DNA of 64,000 nucleotides from Escherichia coli (GTDB lineage Bacteria; Pseudomonadota; Gammaproteobacteria; Enterobacterales; Enterobacteriaceae): NCBI RefSeq assembly GCF_011045215.1, contig NZ_CP049201.1; one strand, 5' to 3'. Shown piece by piece: positions 1 to 11,144 of this stretch (position 1 is its first letter; each line of letters starts with the position of its first letter). The notes under the pieces were generated by a model. It saw only the letters and a program-made list of their open reading frames with translations, ran no database searches and was not told where the DNA came from. The position numbers and the translations under genes were made by a program.

Positions 1-2
1 AA

Positions 3-152
3 GATCTCGGTCATGATTTGCAGACTTATCTGCAGGACATGTCTCCGGAATTCGTGGAGATTCTGGGGGGGAGGAAGGATTTTTACAAACACAGTGAGGA
101 GGTTGTCGGATACTGGGTGGAGGTGATTCGTCGTGCTGGTCTGAAAGCGTGA
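3..152 (+). CDS. 3' end of an unidentified gene entering from the left edge (partial)
   Basis: Open frame from window edge to TGA at 150-152 (...GYWVEVIRRAGLKA*); no family recognised by eye. Confidence 0.25.
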   Translation, partial: DLGHDLQTYLQDMSPEFVEILGGRKDFYKHSEEVVGYWVEVIRRAGLKA

Positions 153-1007
153 GGTTAAGGCCTGACAGGATGCTGCAGCCCTGAGTGGTGGAACAGGTCA
201 TAACAAATTCAAAAGGGAGGTATGGTGAGCAGTAAAAAAGAGAAGAACACACCACACCGTATGATGTTGCTTTCAGGGGCGTTTATGGCGTTCAGAATGT
301 TCAGGTATGGAGTGGCATTTTGAGGATCCCCGGTTACCGATGATACTGATGCCGTTTCACCTGGTGGAGATGGCAGCGGCTGATGAAGAGGTTATGTACC
401 ACGGACGCCCGGGGATACTGGCGTTACTGATTAAACGCAGTCGTCGCTGCGATCTGTGATGCAGATGGGCATCTAAAGTATGATGGTAACATTATAAAAC
501 GGGTCCTCAGGCGACAATAATTCAGAATATTGTGTAAGATGCGGGAACAGGGAGGACTCTGGCTGCAGGTTGCTGAATATCGTGTGTAACATGGTTGGAC
601 GAAGAATCAGCGACTACGGCGTCTGTAAACTTCATAAAAACCCAGACAACTGAATGTGTGAGGTATTTCCGGGGCTTCCGTAAGAAAAACAGCATGACTG
701 AGGCCCACATAACCTCATGTTTACGCTGTCAGGAAACCGGGGGCAATGCTGTACTGAATAATCATTCCTTCAATTTATATCAGTCTGCCCCTGTACCAGA
801 AAAATTCTGGAAGGATGCCAGAATCTTCCATTTTGCGTCGTCAGTTTCATAGGGTGAGATTTGAGAAATCTGGTCGATATTACAGGTGTTCGTTCGTCCC
901 TGTCGGATATCCCGGTTGCGTTATCATCCTTATGTATTGTCCCTGATGTGGATGGCGGGAGGATCCCTCTCCCGCACCTGGTAAGAAGCCTGAAAGTTTA
1001 TGTGAAT

Positions 1008-2420
1008 TCAGACGGCGGTTTTATCCTGTTTACCCGGAATAATGAACAGAATTGATAATAGTGCCAGTAATCCGAAGCTAACATTCAGCCACAGTCCGGC
1101 AGCACCGGCTGTATTAATATTTCCGAACGCTGAGTAAACGGCCAGAGACAGTGCCACCCCGATGGCTCCCCCCAGAGAGCTGGCCAGTTTGTAAATTCCG
1201 GCGGCCGCGGCGGCTTTTTCCTGCGGTGCGCTGGATACTGCTATATAGGTTGATGGTGTGGCATAAATTCCCAGTCCGAGGCCGAACATGGCATAACCGA
1301 CCATCACCAGCATTTTATACATCATCAGATCTTCAATACTGGTCATGGACATCAGCATGACACCCACAGACGTGATAACAGTACCAGCAATCATGGGTAG
1401 TCGGCCTCCAAAGATAAACAGAATTTTCTGTCCCACCGGTAGCAGGAGTAGTACTGCTGCTGCATAGGTAATGGTCATGGTGGCGACATCTCCGGTACTT
1501 AAGCCACGCCCCTCCAGCATATAGGTATTAACAATCACCATCGCACCGGCAATTGCGTTAAGCAGGAAATTGGATAATGTAGCGCCCAGATAACCACGGG
1601 ATTTAAACAACGAAAAATCTACCAGCTGGATAATGCCTTTAACAGGTAAGCTTTTTTCAACGAAATAGAAACTGATTAAACCAACAATTGATAAACCTGT
1701 TGTTGTGAGGAACTTAATATCACCATATCCCCAGCTTCGGCCTTTGGATACCGCCAGTACCAGGCATATCAGTGAGGCAATAAATATTGTGGTACCACAG
1801 GTGTCAAATTTTTTGTCATTCACTGGTGCTTTTGATTCCGGAGGTCCGAGAATTAACAGTAAACCAAGAATGGACACACCAGCGTTGATCCAGAAAATTG
1901 CTCTCCAGCCAAGAGCAGGTTCTATCAAACCTGCCAGTATGACGCAGAAACCAGAGCCTCCCCATGAACCGACGGACCACCAGGTTAATGCTGTTGCCTG
2001 CTTTTTACCTTCAAACCAGGTTTTCATCAGAGCAATGGTTGACGGCATGATACAGGCGGCAGAAATTCCCTGTAGCCCGCGTCCAATAATTAATATTGCT
2101 GTATCAGGAGCTAACGCAACAATCGCAGAGCCTGCCACGCTTAATACCACACCAATAAACGAAAAACGCATCCTGCCGAAACGATCCGCCAGTGCCCCGG
2201 CCGCCACAATACAGGCTGCAGAAAAGAGAGGAGTGATTGACGCGGCGAAGTTTAATAAATCCATTTTTGCCGGATTGTTTGTAATGTTAAAATCTCTGGC
2301 GATAACAGGGAGTAATGCCGCCTGCATTGATTGTGCAAACATCCAGAAAGTTAATACCAGTAAGACAATGCCGAAAATGAGACGCCCGCTCCCCTGATAA
2401 GTTATTTTTTCTGACTTCAT
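1008..2420 (-). CDS. MFS transporter, multi-TM drug/metabolite exporter-like
   Basis: ORF 1008..2453; many hydrophobic helices, Gly/Ala-rich MFS-like motifs; preferred start is the internal Met at 2420, preceded by AAGGAG. Confidence 0.85.
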   Translation of the reverse strand: MKSEKITYQGSGRLIFGIVLLVLTFWMFAQSMQAALLPVIARDFNITNNPAKMDLLNFAASITPLFSAACIVAAGALADRFGRMRFSFIGVVLSVAGSAIVALAPDTAILIIGRGLQGISAACIMPSTIALMKTWFEGKKQATALTWWSVGSWGGSGFCVILAGLIEPALGWRAIFWINAGVSILGLLLILGPPESKAPVNDKKFDTCGTTIFIASLICLVLAVSKGRSWGYGDIKFLTTTGLSIVGLISFYFVEKSLPVKGIIQLVDFSLFKSRGYLGATLSNFLLNAIAGAMVIVNTYMLEGRGLSTGDVATMTITYAAAVLLLLPVGQKILFIFGGRLPMIAGTVITSVGVMLMSMTSIEDLMMYKMLVMVGYAMFGLGLGIYATPSTYIAVSSAPQEKAAAAAGIYKLASSLGGAIGVALSLAVYSAFGNINTAGAAGLWLNVSFGLLALLSILFIIPGKQDKTAV

Positions 2421-2568
2421 TGAGTTCTCCTTTACCTGATATTTATCGTTCACCCGGGAGTGAAATAACCAGCATGAATATCCCTGATATAAACAGGTAC
2501 TTTATAGCGACAGGTTTTGTGATTATTACAGATGGTTACTTTTATATATAATGTATCGATGAATACAG

Positions 2569-3726
2569 TTAATTAAGAAAGCGTTCTGTCAGTGTGGCCC
2601 AGAAAGCCACTGCAGGTTTCATAATTTCATCATTAAAGTCATACCCTGGATTATGTACCGGGCAGCCTTCACCTGCACCGATAAAAAAATAAGTTCCCCT
2701 GGGATTCTCTTCAAGCATAAAGGCGAAATCTTCACTGGCCATCACAGGGGGGGAATGAGGTTCGATCAGGGATTCATCAAACAATTCGCGGGCGACGCTA
2801 ATAGCGAAATCCGTCATTTCACTGTCGTTAATTAAAACCGGGCTTCCGTGAACATGATGAACTTCTGCTTTAGCGCCAAAACTTTCTGCCTGACTGACTG
2901 CAATTTCGCTGATACGTTGCAGAATATGAGTACGAATTTGTGGATCCAGAGTACGTACGCTAAGTCTGAGAGTTGCGCTACTGTTGATAATATTCGCCAC
3001 ACTGCCCGACTGAATACTGCCAACAGTGATAACGGCTGGCTGGAAGGGGGGGATATTACGCGAGATGATAGTCTGCAGGGCTGTAACGATATAACAGGCC
3101 ACCATTGTTGAGTCGATGGTTTTTTCCGGAAATGCACCATGACCACCAACACCAGTCACATCAATCTGTAATGTATCCGAAGAAGAGAGCATTGCACCTT
3201 TACGAAAATGGAAACTTCCCGTCCTGAGCCCGGGCATATTATGCAATGCAAAGATGGCATCACAGGGGTAGCGTCGAAACACGCCATCATTAAGCATAAC
3301 CTGACCACCGCGCAACAACTCTTCTGCGGGCTGGAAAATGACGTGTAGTGTACCGTTAAAACGACGTGTTTTTGCCAGCCACTCAGCAGCAAACAATAAC
3401 GTGGCAGTGTGTCCGTCATGACCACAACCGTGAAACTTACCGGCATTTGTACTTTCCCAGGCTTTTCCGGAATTTTCCTGCATTGGTAATGCATCCATAT
3501 CAGCACGTAATCCCAGAACTTTGTCACTGTTACCAGCCTGTAGCGTACCGACTATACCGGTTTTCGCCATTCCGTGGTTAACCTCATATCCCCAGCTTTT
3601 CAGTAAGTCAGCAATAAGATTGCTGGTACGGATTTCTTCAAATCCGGTTTCAGGATGCCGGTGCAGGTCCCGGCGCAACGATGTATAGCGTGAAAAATTC
3701 CTGTCAATAAATTCCTGTAATGTCAT
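2569..3726 (-). CDS. M20-family amidohydrolase (aminoacylase / hippurate-hydrolase-like)
   Basis: ORF 2569..3765; metal-binding motifs typical of M20D (GHDGH, HNMPG, GxxGHGA); start at Met 3726 preceded by AAGGAG. Confidence 0.85.
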   Translation of the reverse strand: MTLQEFIDRNFSRYTSLRRDLHRHPETGFEEIRTSNLIADLLKSWGYEVNHGMAKTGIVGTLQAGNSDKVLGLRADMDALPMQENSGKAWESTNAGKFHGCGHDGHTATLLFAAEWLAKTRRFNGTLHVIFQPAEELLRGGQVMLNDGVFRRYPCDAIFALHNMPGLRTGSFHFRKGAMLSSSDTLQIDVTGVGGHGAFPEKTIDSTMVACYIVTALQTIISRNIPPFQPAVITVGSIQSGSVANIINSSATLRLSVRTLDPQIRTHILQRISEIAVSQAESFGAKAEVHHVHGSPVLINDSEMTDFAISVARELFDESLIEPHSPPVMASEDFAFMLEENPRGTYFFIGAGEGCPVHNPGYDFNDEIMKPAVAFWATLTERFLN

Positions 3727-3927
3727 AAGTTCTCCTTTTCGTTGGCTGATTATTGAGCATATCATTTTGAAACATGTATAAAGGGGAATACAGATATATT
3801 CATGATGAATATAGTGTTTTTTTATGTCCGGATTCTGGTTGTTATTTCACCTGCATCAAAAATTACCAGGTTCATTTTTGATATTCTGTGAAGAAAACTA
3901 TTATTCACGGAATAAAAATGTAATAAA

Positions 3928-6252
3928 ATGAAAGAACAGCCAGAAGTGTTTTCAGTTCAGTTTCTCAATGTCATCAATTACCGGTTCATCCGTGACAATC
4001 GCCTGTATCTGATGCTGGTACTGAAAGGAAGTGTCAGATTATCAGTGGCAGGAAATACACCGCTGAAGGTTAATAAAGACCAGGTTCAGGTTATAAACCG
4101 TAACAGTGACTGGCAGATTGAAGGAGACCAGGACAATATAACCGTCGTTGTGGCTATTTCCCCGTGGTGGTTGTTCCACAGTGGAGAAGTGCTGAATCAT
4201 ACCCATTTCAGTATCGGACATCACCCTTCTCCCGGACAGGCGCGGCGGCTCAGCCAGTTGATTAGTCGTATTGCGATACTGTGGCTCAAAAAAAAAGATG
4301 TCTGGCAACTGGAGCTCAACAAGGCGTTACTCGACATCCTGTGCATTCTGATCCAACACTTCAGGTGCGAGCCAGCCACGGTACCGGTGACAGATTTTAC
4401 CTCGCGGACAAGCAGGGTGGTTGATCTGATTGAAAAGTGTTTCCGGGAAAAACTCACCCTGCAGTATGTGGCTTCCAGGGTTCATGTTACGGCCGCTCAT
4501 CTTTCCCGGCAGTTCACTCGTGATATCGGGATGAATTTTCGTGATTTCCTGACAGGTATACGTTTTAATCATGCTGTACAGGAAATTGCACTGACCACCC
4601 GGCCAATCACAACAATTGTCAGTGACTGCGGCTTCAGTTCTTACCGACGTTTTTTAACGTTGTTTCGTCATCGTTACGGTGTTCAGCCTGGTGTCTGGCG
4701 CCATGACGTGAAAGCTGGCAGGATCCGTTTTATCAGGAACCAGACGTTACAGGATCAGGGGGCCTGTGACACCCGCCAGATAAATCTGGTTGAACTGTTC
4801 TCTTTGCTGTCTGATATCCCTGACGATACCCGGTCGTCCCCGGAACTGGAGAATGTGCAGTGTGGTGAAGAAATTCATCTGCAATCCGGGACAACCCGTG
4901 GAGCGATAACACCCCGCCATTATGTGATCTCTGTTGGTAGTTTTGATGAGTTGCTGAAACAGCATATTCAGCAACAGTTATTGTGTCTGAAAGAGCGTTT
5001 TCCGGATTTTCAGGTGGAGGTCAGGGTTCCACTTTCCGATAATTTTTTTCCACGCAATATCGATACAGGTGAGATCATTCCCACCTGGTCACCCTGGAGT
5101 AACCTTGATATTGCCTGTAACTTTCTCAGGCATCTGGGTATAAGTCTTATGATTCGCCTGGAACCGGAGGTCAGTACATTTCACAACAGCGAATTTGTGG
5201 TGCAGCTAAGAGAATTCATCACCCACAATGTGTTACTTCTGGGCAGAAAGTATGTACAGAGCTGGTCGTTTATCCTGGATATGCGATCGCTAAAAATGGT
5301 GCAAATGACAAAGCGGCTGGCGTTCAGTCAGACGCTACTGAATATTGTACGGGATTTGTTGCCCGGGGGGCGGGTTGGTCTGACGCTGTGCCGGTACGAA
5401 GATTATGAACAGCTGTTTTCCGGTGGACTGTCTGAACAGATTGATTTTATTGGTCTGTCACTTTATCCCAACGCGTGTTGTAATTTTATGCACGAAGCTG
5501 ACTATACACCACCGGAAAATCATGATGTGATTTGCCAGCAACTGGAAGGCGTGCTTCAGTTGTTTCGTAAACACAAGGTTTCCTGTCCGTTGTATCTCCA
5601 GTCGTGGAGTACGTTGACCGGAAATACGCTGATGACTAATGGGCGGTTCTTTCGTGGTGCCCTGTTGATGGATATGTTGCTGGTGTTACCAAAAGAGATC
5701 AGTATGATTGGACTGTATCTTAATTCCGAATTACAGCACGAGGTATCATCAGCACGGGCGATCGAAAATAACAGTCTGTCGTTGTTTTTTACCGCCACCA
5801 CCAAACGACCGATTTTCCATATAATCCTTCTCAGGGAACGCCTGCAGGGGGCTGTAATTGCTTCCGGCTCTGGCTGGGTCGCGACGCGAGAAAACAATAC
5901 TTATCGGCTGTTGTTACTCAATCCGGTGACCATCAATCCGTTACTGTCAGTTCAGGAACATTTGCTGAATGACTACAGTAAACGTTTCAGTGTACATTTT
6001 TTGCCTGGGCAGGCGGGGATCTGGCGTATTAAGCAGTGGATGTTCGACCAGAAGAATGGCGCGCTCTATTACCAGTATGGGCTGCATCCAACTCTTTACG
6101 ATCGTGATGAAGAAACCATGGACTATATCAGCCAACGTTCAGCACCGACTTTTTGTGTACGTGATGAACGAATTTCCGGAGAGTGGAACACCGATATAGT
6201 AATGGATATTAATGCGGTCTGTTTTCTGGAGTGGGTCAGGGTGGCTGATTAA
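3928..6252 (+). CDS. AraC-family transcriptional regulator with ~500-aa C-terminal extension of unknown function
   Basis: 774-aa ORF; N-terminal cupin-like region then AraC HTH (...LSRQFTRDIGMNFRDFL...FSSYRRFLTLFRHRYGVQP...), followed by a long uninterrupted extra domain. Confidence 0.7.
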   Translation: MKEQPEVFSVQFLNVINYRFIRDNRLYLMLVLKGSVRLSVAGNTPLKVNKDQVQVINRNSDWQIEGDQDNITVVVAISPWWLFHSGEVLNHTHFSIGHHPSPGQARRLSQLISRIAILWLKKKDVWQLELNKALLDILCILIQHFRCEPATVPVTDFTSRTSRVVDLIEKCFREKLTLQYVASRVHVTAAHLSRQFTRDIGMNFRDFLTGIRFNHAVQEIALTTRPITTIVSDCGFSSYRRFLTLFRHRYGVQPGVWRHDVKAGRIRFIRNQTLQDQGACDTRQINLVELFSLLSDIPDDTRSSPELENVQCGEEIHLQSGTTRGAITPRHYVISVGSFDELLKQHIQQQLLCLKERFPDFQVEVRVPLSDNFFPRNIDTGEIIPTWSPWSNLDIACNFLRHLGISLMIRLEPEVSTFHNSEFVVQLREFITHNVLLLGRKYVQSWSFILDMRSLKMVQMTKRLAFSQTLLNIVRDLLPGGRVGLTLCRYEDYEQLFSGGLSEQIDFIGLSLYPNACCNFMHEADYTPPENHDVICQQLEGVLQLFRKHKVSCPLYLQSWSTLTGNTLMTNGRFFRGALLMDMLLVLPKEISMIGLYLNSELQHEVSSARAIENNSLSLFFTATTKRPIFHIILLRERLQGAVIASGSGWVATRENNTYRLLLLNPVTINPLLSVQEHLLNDYSKRFSVHFLPGQAGIWRIKQWMFDQKNGALYYQYGLHPTLYDRDEETMDYISQRSAPTFCVRDERISGEWNTDIVMDINAVCFLEWVRVAD

Positions 6253-6975
6253 AAGTTGGTTATGAAGATAAGGACGACTTTATGGAAGAAATGAAGTTGT
6301 TATGAGCAATCTTCTCTGACAGTGGTCTGATTCCTCATATCGTGAGGACCGAATGTTAGTGGGTGTGTTGGTCACGATATTATACAGGTTGGTGGAGCCA
6401 ACGATAAAAACGGGCAATTGAATGGTAATACAGGGTAAACGGGCTGATTGAGAGGGACACCAGATATATCGCGCAACTTCCATTGTCGTGATATACCTGA
6501 CAGTAATATGTTTCGTACTTTTCCTGAAAAGCAGGAGGGGCCAGATGAAAGGAAGTTTATTAAAGCGGGGCGGGTATTAAAAATTGACAATAACGAGAAA
6601 CAGACAGCTTCTCTGAATTCCGGATGGATATGATTTTCATAATTTATATTGTTTATGAGTTCTGACAACACTTCCGGGTAGGCAAAACATTTTTTCAGAA
6701 AATGAACAGGCCCGTCGTAGGTTGGTTTTTCCCCTGTATGGCGATGGTGTATATAATGGTTTACTGTATCTTCATTCAGAGGTACTTCAGTGAATTTATC
6801 TGAAAATGTAAGAAAGCTTGTCATCAAAGATGGGTTAACAAGAAGAATATCGCCATAATTTAATATTAACACATCATTAAAAACCGAAAATCAAATGATC
6901 TTTTTTCAGTATGAAGGAGCAGATGATAGTCATAATTCTTTGCGCTGTTACAGTTTTTTATTTATGTAAGTATGG

Positions 6976-7907
6976 ATGAAAGGAAAAGAAAGGAAAAATA
7001 TTTTGTTTTTTTGTAATGGTTGTCACGTAATAAATAAAAAGCAATTGATTATATTGCTGTTTTGTGCTGTAAAGAAGTGCTGCGCTCTGTCTGGTACTGA
7101 TTTATTCCGGGGGGAGGGCATGGCAGATGAAGGGATGAACAGGGACTTTTTGTTTAATTCGTTGACAGCAACAGTCATAAGAGAAAGCAACAATTCACAT
7201 ATGGGGCAGTTTATGAAAACTATCTTCATAGCAGAGCCTGTCGTGACGGCAGGTAACAGTAACAGGCTGATTGCGGTGGAGATTCTGAGCCGATTTTATT
7301 CTGTTAACGGAAAACAACTTCCTACCGTGAAAACGCTGAATATGTTTACAGCAGAGATGAAAATTGATTTGCTGGAATTACAGATAAGAAAAATAATAAG
7401 TAAAGCTTCTTTTTTTAGTAAGCATAATATACTGTGTTCCCTTAACGTCGATTATGATACATGTCAGTATATATACAGAAATAAAAATATTCAGGATATA
7501 ATAAAGTCATATGATTTTATTGTTCTTGAAATTTCTGAAACATACCCGGTCATAAAGGCTGATGATGCAATAATTCCTTTTCTCATTAATTTGTCAGAAC
7601 ATATCTGGCTGGATAATTTAGGGAGTGGTAACAGTACCATACATACATTGATAAGAAATAAATACCAGGCAGTGAAACTTGACAAAAGTTTTTTTCAAAA
7701 ACACAGTATGAAACCGCATTTTTCTGCATTAATAGACAATATAAAAGATTTTGCCCTCTGGTTATTGCCGAGGGTGTTGAAAATAAGGATTATCTTCATG
7801 CTGCTTCAGGAACTGGTTTATGGGGTGTTCAGGGATATTATTTTCCATCAGTACAGTTTGAGGATATTCATCAGATAAAGTTGGATTTTTCTGAGAACAT
7901 CAGCTGA
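6976..7907 (+). pseudogene. EAL-domain (c-di-GMP phosphodiesterase-like) gene, apparently frameshifted near 7750; start uncertain (7123/7201 also possible)
   Basis: ORF 6976..7878 carries EAL-like motifs (AVEILSRF, LEISE, DNLGSGNS, KLDKSFF); the expected C-terminal motifs (VIAEGVEN...QGYYF) are in a different frame that ends at 7905-7907. Confidence 0.55.
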
Positions 7908-8196
7908 TGAGTCTGTCATATTCTTTCTTCCCTGATATATCCGGGCAGTGTTTAAGCATAATAGTCATAAGAATACTGGTTATTATATTTTCCCTGGTGG
8001 TATCCAGAACAGGTTTCCCTTCTCTGCTCAACCTGTTAATTCTTTGGGAAGAACTCCGGATGCGTAACGGATTTCCAGCTCTCCCGAAAAATACCATCCA
8101 TAGTAACGGTTCAGACAAATCACATCTGTGTATTGATGAGCATAACATTTACCACAGGAGGTCAGCATTACATTGACAAACGTCAGTGGTCTGTTT

Positions 8197-8204
8197 TGTG
8201 GATC
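8197..8204. repeat. Target-site duplication (TGTGGATC), left copy, flanking the IS66-family element
   Basis: Identical 8-mer at 8197-8204 and 10647-10654, immediately outside the GTAAGCGTACAGC terminal inverted repeats. Confidence 0.7.
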
Positions 8205-8241
8205 GTAAGCGTACAGCGAGGGCCGTATTGACGGGGATGTG

Positions 8242-9780
8242 TTATTCAGCTGGCAGTGCTATGCGCCACGGAAGCAGTTCGCTGACCCGGTTGACCGGCC
8301 AGTCTGCTATGACGCCAAGCACATGGCGAAGGTAGCTTTCTGGATCCACGTCATTCAGTTTGCACGTCCCGATCAGGCTGTACAGTAGCGCTCCCCGCTC
8401 ACCACCATGGTCAGAGCCGAAGAACAGGAAGTTTTTACGACCCAGACTGACCGCCCGCAGGGCATTTTCAGCGATGTTGTTGTCGATTTCCACCCAGCCA
8501 TCGTTCGCATAGTACGTCAGTGCCGGCCACTGGTTAAGTGCGTACGCGAACGCCTTCGCCAACTCTGAGTGTCGCGACAGGGTCTTCATCTTTTCACGCA
8601 ACCAGCTTTCCAGGGATTTCAACAACGGTTTCGTTTTTCGCTGACGTTCAGCAAGCCGCTGCTCTGCCGGCATTCCCCTTATATCCGCCTCTATGGCGTA
8701 CAACTGACCGATCTGCTCCAGGGCTTCTTCCGTCAGTGCTGACGGGATGCGGACGTGCACATCGTGGATCTTTCGGCGGGCATGAGCCCAGCAGGCAGCT
8801 TCCGTTATCCCACCATTGCGATACAGCTCGTTGAACCCGGCGTACGCATCCGCTTGCAGCACACCGCTGAAGCAGGCAAGATGAGTCTGCGGATGGATGC
8901 CTTTTCTGTCCGGGCTGTAAGCGAACCACACTGCAGGTGCCAACGCTGACCCGGCATTGCGGTCATCACGAACATACGCCCACAACCGCCCGGTCTTCGT
9001 CTTCTTATTACCCGGCAGCAGTACCTGGACCGGGGTATCATCGGCATGGAGTTTGCCGTCAGTCATGACATAGCCATGAAGCGCCTCTTCCAGCGGAGAC
9101 AGCAGCCGGCAGCATGCATCCACCCAGCCCGACAGCAGTGAACGCCTCAGCTCCACACCTTGCCGGCCGTATATTTCTGACTGGCGATACAGCGGGGTGT
9201 GCTCTGCATACTTCGAGGTCAGCACGCGGGCCAGCAGCCCCGGTCCGGCGATACCCCGCTCGATGGGCCGCGAAGGTGCAGGTGCCTGCACGATGGCATC
9301 GCACTGAGTACAGGTATGTTTTTCCCGTACCGTCCGGATAACCCGGAAGGCGCTACGCATCAACTCCAGCTGTTCGGCGGTATCCTCGCCCAGATAGCTC
9401 AGTGAACCGCCGCAGTTCGGGCAGCACGGCGCCGCAGGCAACAGTCGCTTTTCGTCACGGGGTAGTGATTCAGGGAACGGCTTACGGGTGCGGGTCTGAC
9501 GCAACGGACGCTGTACTGCCGGGTCATACACCCTACCAGTCAGCGTATCGCTCTCTTTCTGAAGCCGGTTCAGATCGGCTTCCATTTGTGCGATACGGCG
9601 GGAGACTTTTTCGGAACGACTGCCGAAGTTCATCCGGCGGAGTTTATCCAGCTGCGCCTGCAGATGGTCTATTTCGCGCTCCCGGTTGCTCAGCTTTTCC
9701 TGCAGGGCGTGGATCAGCGCTTCCTGTTCGGCCAGGCGCTGTTTCAGCAGGAAGATGTCGTCAGAAGAGATGTCGTTCAT
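8242..9780 (-). CDS. tnpC: IS66-family transposase TnpC
   Basis: 512 aa; N-terminal coiled-coil/leucine zipper, Cys-rich zinc-finger-like region (CCPNCGG...CTQC), DDE-type core typical of IS66 TnpC. Confidence 0.95.
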   Translation of the reverse strand: MNDISSDDIFLLKQRLAEQEALIHALQEKLSNREREIDHLQAQLDKLRRMNFGSRSEKVSRRIAQMEADLNRLQKESDTLTGRVYDPAVQRPLRQTRTRKPFPESLPRDEKRLLPAAPCCPNCGGSLSYLGEDTAEQLELMRSAFRVIRTVREKHTCTQCDAIVQAPAPSRPIERGIAGPGLLARVLTSKYAEHTPLYRQSEIYGRQGVELRRSLLSGWVDACCRLLSPLEEALHGYVMTDGKLHADDTPVQVLLPGNKKTKTGRLWAYVRDDRNAGSALAPAVWFAYSPDRKGIHPQTHLACFSGVLQADAYAGFNELYRNGGITEAACWAHARRKIHDVHVRIPSALTEEALEQIGQLYAIEADIRGMPAEQRLAERQRKTKPLLKSLESWLREKMKTLSRHSELAKAFAYALNQWPALTYYANDGWVEIDNNIAENALRAVSLGRKNFLFFGSDHGGERGALLYSLIGTCKLNDVDPESYLRHVLGVIADWPVNRVSELLPWRIALPAE

Positions 9781-9829
9781 AAGCCCGTATTTTACCGGGC
9801 TTATTCTGTGACAACCAGGATAAAGAGAT

Positions 9830-10177
9830 TTACAGCATGGTCAGGGAGGTCAGCAGCCGCTTAGGCTGTCGCCAGTCGATACCTTCCAGCAGCATCGCCA
9901 GCTGCGCCTGCGTAAGGAACACTTTGCCATCACGGGCTGACGGCCAGGCGAAGCGCCCACGCTCCAGCCGTTTGGTCAGGAGGCACAGCCCGTCACCGGT
10001 GGACCACAGCAGTTTAACCTGACTGCCGCTGCGGCCCCGGAAAATGAAAACATGGCCGGACATGGGATCGTCTTTCAGCGCCGTCTGTACTTTCGCAGCC
10101 AGGCCGTTGAAGCCATTTCTCATATCGGTGATACCGGCAACCAGCCAAATTTTGGTCCCGGAAGGTAACGGGATCAT
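9830..10177 (-). CDS. tnpB: IS66-family TnpB (Orf2)
   Basis: 115 aa, [20 protein letters not shown]... characteristic IS66 orf2 N-terminus. Confidence 0.9.
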   Translation of the reverse strand: MIPLPSGTKIWLVAGITDMRNGFNGLAAKVQTALKDDPMSGHVFIFRGRSGSQVKLLWSTGDGLCLLTKRLERGRFAWPSARDGKVFLTQAQLAMLLEGIDWRQPKRLLTSLTML

Positions 10178-10575
10178 CGCTTCAGTTCCTGTATCAGCAG
10201 AGTCAGGAGCTTTTCGCTGACATTGCCATTGAAGCGGAGCGTCCCGTGCCGGAACGTTACCTCACAGCTGATACTGAGGGTTTCCGGGTCCTCTGCGAGC
10301 GATTCTGGCTGTTCGGCAGCGGCATCGAGAGTCACAGGAAGTAGCTGGGGGCTCTCTGAAGAAGGTAATAGCAGCTTTCCCTCGCGCCATTGTTGTCGCC
10401 ATTTGAACAACAGATTGGCGTTAATGCCATTTTCAAGAGCAAGTTTTGAGATGGATATCCCGGGTTCACAGGAGGCAGCAACGAGCTGCTGTTTAAATTC
10501 GGGAGGATAATTAGGGCAGCCTTTTCGCCTGCCGGGAGTCACATTTTTCTGCATATCTGATACTTTGGTTCCCAC
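10174..10575 (-). CDS. tnpA: IS66-family TnpA (Orf1, HTH)
   Basis: 133 aa, overlaps tnpB start by 4 nt; HTH region ...ISISKLALENGINANLLFKWRQQW... Confidence 0.9.
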   Translation of the reverse strand: MGTKVSDMQKNVTPGRRKGCPNYPPEFKQQLVAASCEPGISISKLALENGINANLLFKWRQQWREGKLLLPSSESPQLLPVTLDAAAEQPESLAEDPETLSISCEVTFRHGTLRFNGNVSEKLLTLLIQELKR

Positions 10576-10646
10576 TACTTATTTGGTGGACACCACTTTG
10601 TCTAATTCGTCAGATTCTGACCAGACGGTTCAGGCTGTACGCTTAC

Positions 10647-10654
10647 TGTGGATC
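10647..10654. repeat. Target-site duplication (TGTGGATC), right copy
   Basis: See left copy at 8197-8204. Confidence 0.7.
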
Positions 10655-11144
10655 CTGGTTCCAGGCATATTCAAATACCTGACAGGAAATATTTTTCCTG
10701 TGGTCGGGCTAATCTGTTAGCACCAGTGATATATAAGACGGTCAAAGATCGTGGCGTTGACACGACATTAGGTTATCAGGCGGTTCGCAATTTCATGGAA
10801 CCTGTAAATGGGTTGTCACGCTATCGGACCAGGAAGGGATGAATAATTAGTATCAGTACAGTAATTACAAAAGTGTCTTCATGCCGACTAAAAAGTTTCC
10901 TTTCTTTTTCCATGCAATTAGCGTGATGTTTGCATGAAAAAGCGTTGGTAATTAATGAATAAGTATTTTCAGGATGATCAGTATCTCTGAAATGAACTTC
11001 ACCTGTTTACATGTGAACAAAAAAGCAACTCATAATATTGCCGTCTTTTGTTTTTCCATTTTTTGATATACTTGTTTTTGATTTTTGTCTAATTTTTGCT
11101 TTTTTGTTTGTACGGTTAAAAATGCTGCTTAATGCAAATTAAAC

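Larger units (their letters stand above)
8205..10646 (-). mobile_element. Complete IS66-family insertion sequence (tnpA-tnpB-tnpC)
   Basis: Three ORFs in canonical IS66 order; terminal inverted repeats GTAAGCGTACAGC at 8205 and, reverse-complemented, ending at 10646; 8-bp direct repeats outside. Confidence 0.9.

Noticed and set aside
595-1055. Two short plus-strand ORFs (85 and 64 aa) downstream of the MFS gene
   Set aside because: No RBS, no homology recognised; lie in the 3' flank of the MFS gene
6372-6872. 166-aa minus-strand ORF in the AraC-to-EAL intergenic region
   Set aside because: No recognisable domain or ribosome-binding site, AT-rich promoter-like region; cannot exclude a real small gene but not supportable
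10655-11144. papI homolog at the canonical divergent position
   Set aside because: Minus-strand reading of this interval gives only very short ORFs (30 codons or fewer) with no PapI-like sequence
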